DNA of 64,000 nt from Octopus sinensis (Eukaryota), in contig NC_043004.1 of assembly GCF_006345805.1 (NCBI RefSeq), forward strand, positions 77,624,001 through 77,688,000, written 5' to 3'. Numbering within the stretch: the stretch's first letter is position 1; the number at the start of each line of letters is the position of its first letter. The position numbers were made by a program, and so were the translations under genes. The notes under the pieces are model-generated. The model was not told the DNA's origin, did no database searches, and saw only the letters and a program-made list of their open reading frames with translations. Below, in pieces: positions 63,106 through 64,000 of this stretch.

Positions 63106-64000
63106 CTAGGAAACAGAAATAAAATGAAAAAATATTAAAATATTATATATAAAATAGCTTTACATGTCGAAATCATTAAAAAAAACCTAACTGAAATTCA
63201 GATAGTTGGACTAGTCAATAAATACAACAGTAGCATTTTAGCCTTTTTTAAAAGAGAAGCCTTGTAAGTGAAAAAGAACCCCTAACCTCTAAAATTTCTA
63301 AATCCTTTAACTGGAAAATTAATAGTAACAGTCAAAAAAATTTTTAATTATAGTATAGTGTTATCCAAGATAGTTTAAAAATTTTTTCCTGCCAGTTTAA
63401 AGGAATGGTAATATTGCAAATGGATGGAAATCTAAATACGTCACCATGGAGTAGATATTTGTATAATAGTTTTCAGCTATAATGTTAATAACTTAAGTTA
63501 AAACCCATTAAATAAAACAATTTAAAAGAAAAAAAGTTATTCATTTTATATATCACTTTTCTGCTTGAAATTTTAAATAAATAAAACTGAAATGTTTCCA
63601 TACACTGAAAGGAGGAGAAAGGACAAATCTGACACTGAATTACAAAATAACTTCTAGCCAAATTGTAACTTCCATTAGAAGCATTTTAAAAATATCTGGT
63701 TCCATTTCGCCAGTAATATAAAGACTTGAATAAGTTTCATTAATTGAGATTATCCAGGCAATTAGTAGACAATAACTTCCTCTAAGAGTGTTTAAAATCT
63801 GGAAACAAAAACCTAAGGAGATAACTCCAATAATATCAACTAATCAGAATTTATTTTTAAAATTAAGTCAACACACACAGAAGTGGATCTTGTCTTTTTG
63901 TTTTTAGGTAAATGTTGCTAATTTTAAAATGTGCGTGTGGCAATAGCTGCTCTGTAGAACGAATTAAAGTCTAAAACAAACAAGGTAAATTTCTAAGACC

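Overview
AT-rich, repeat-dense eukaryotic DNA; the repeat repertoire strongly resembles an octopus (coleoid cephalopod) genome, which is an inference from recognised repeat types. Most listed ORFs are microsatellite or repeat artefacts. I can assemble one phase-consistent 5-exon gene on the + strand (17126-38903, 270 aa) carrying an AKAP-like amphipathic helix. There is also a probable terminal exon of a second gene on the - strand near 63 kb and a weaker - strand exon near 11.3 kb. The rest is a layered transposon record: a Helitron Rep/helicase relic and non-autonomous Helitrons; hAT, pogo and mariner-type transposase relics; piggyBac-type and other MITEs; RTE, CR1/L2-group and CRE-like LINE relics; and several tRNA-derived SINE families. 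The most unusual signal is a set of long palindromes and minimal type-I hammerhead ribozyme motifs. The best example is a head-to-head pair of tRNA-headed, hammerhead-tailed elements at 40421-40983, just downstream of the gene's stop codon.
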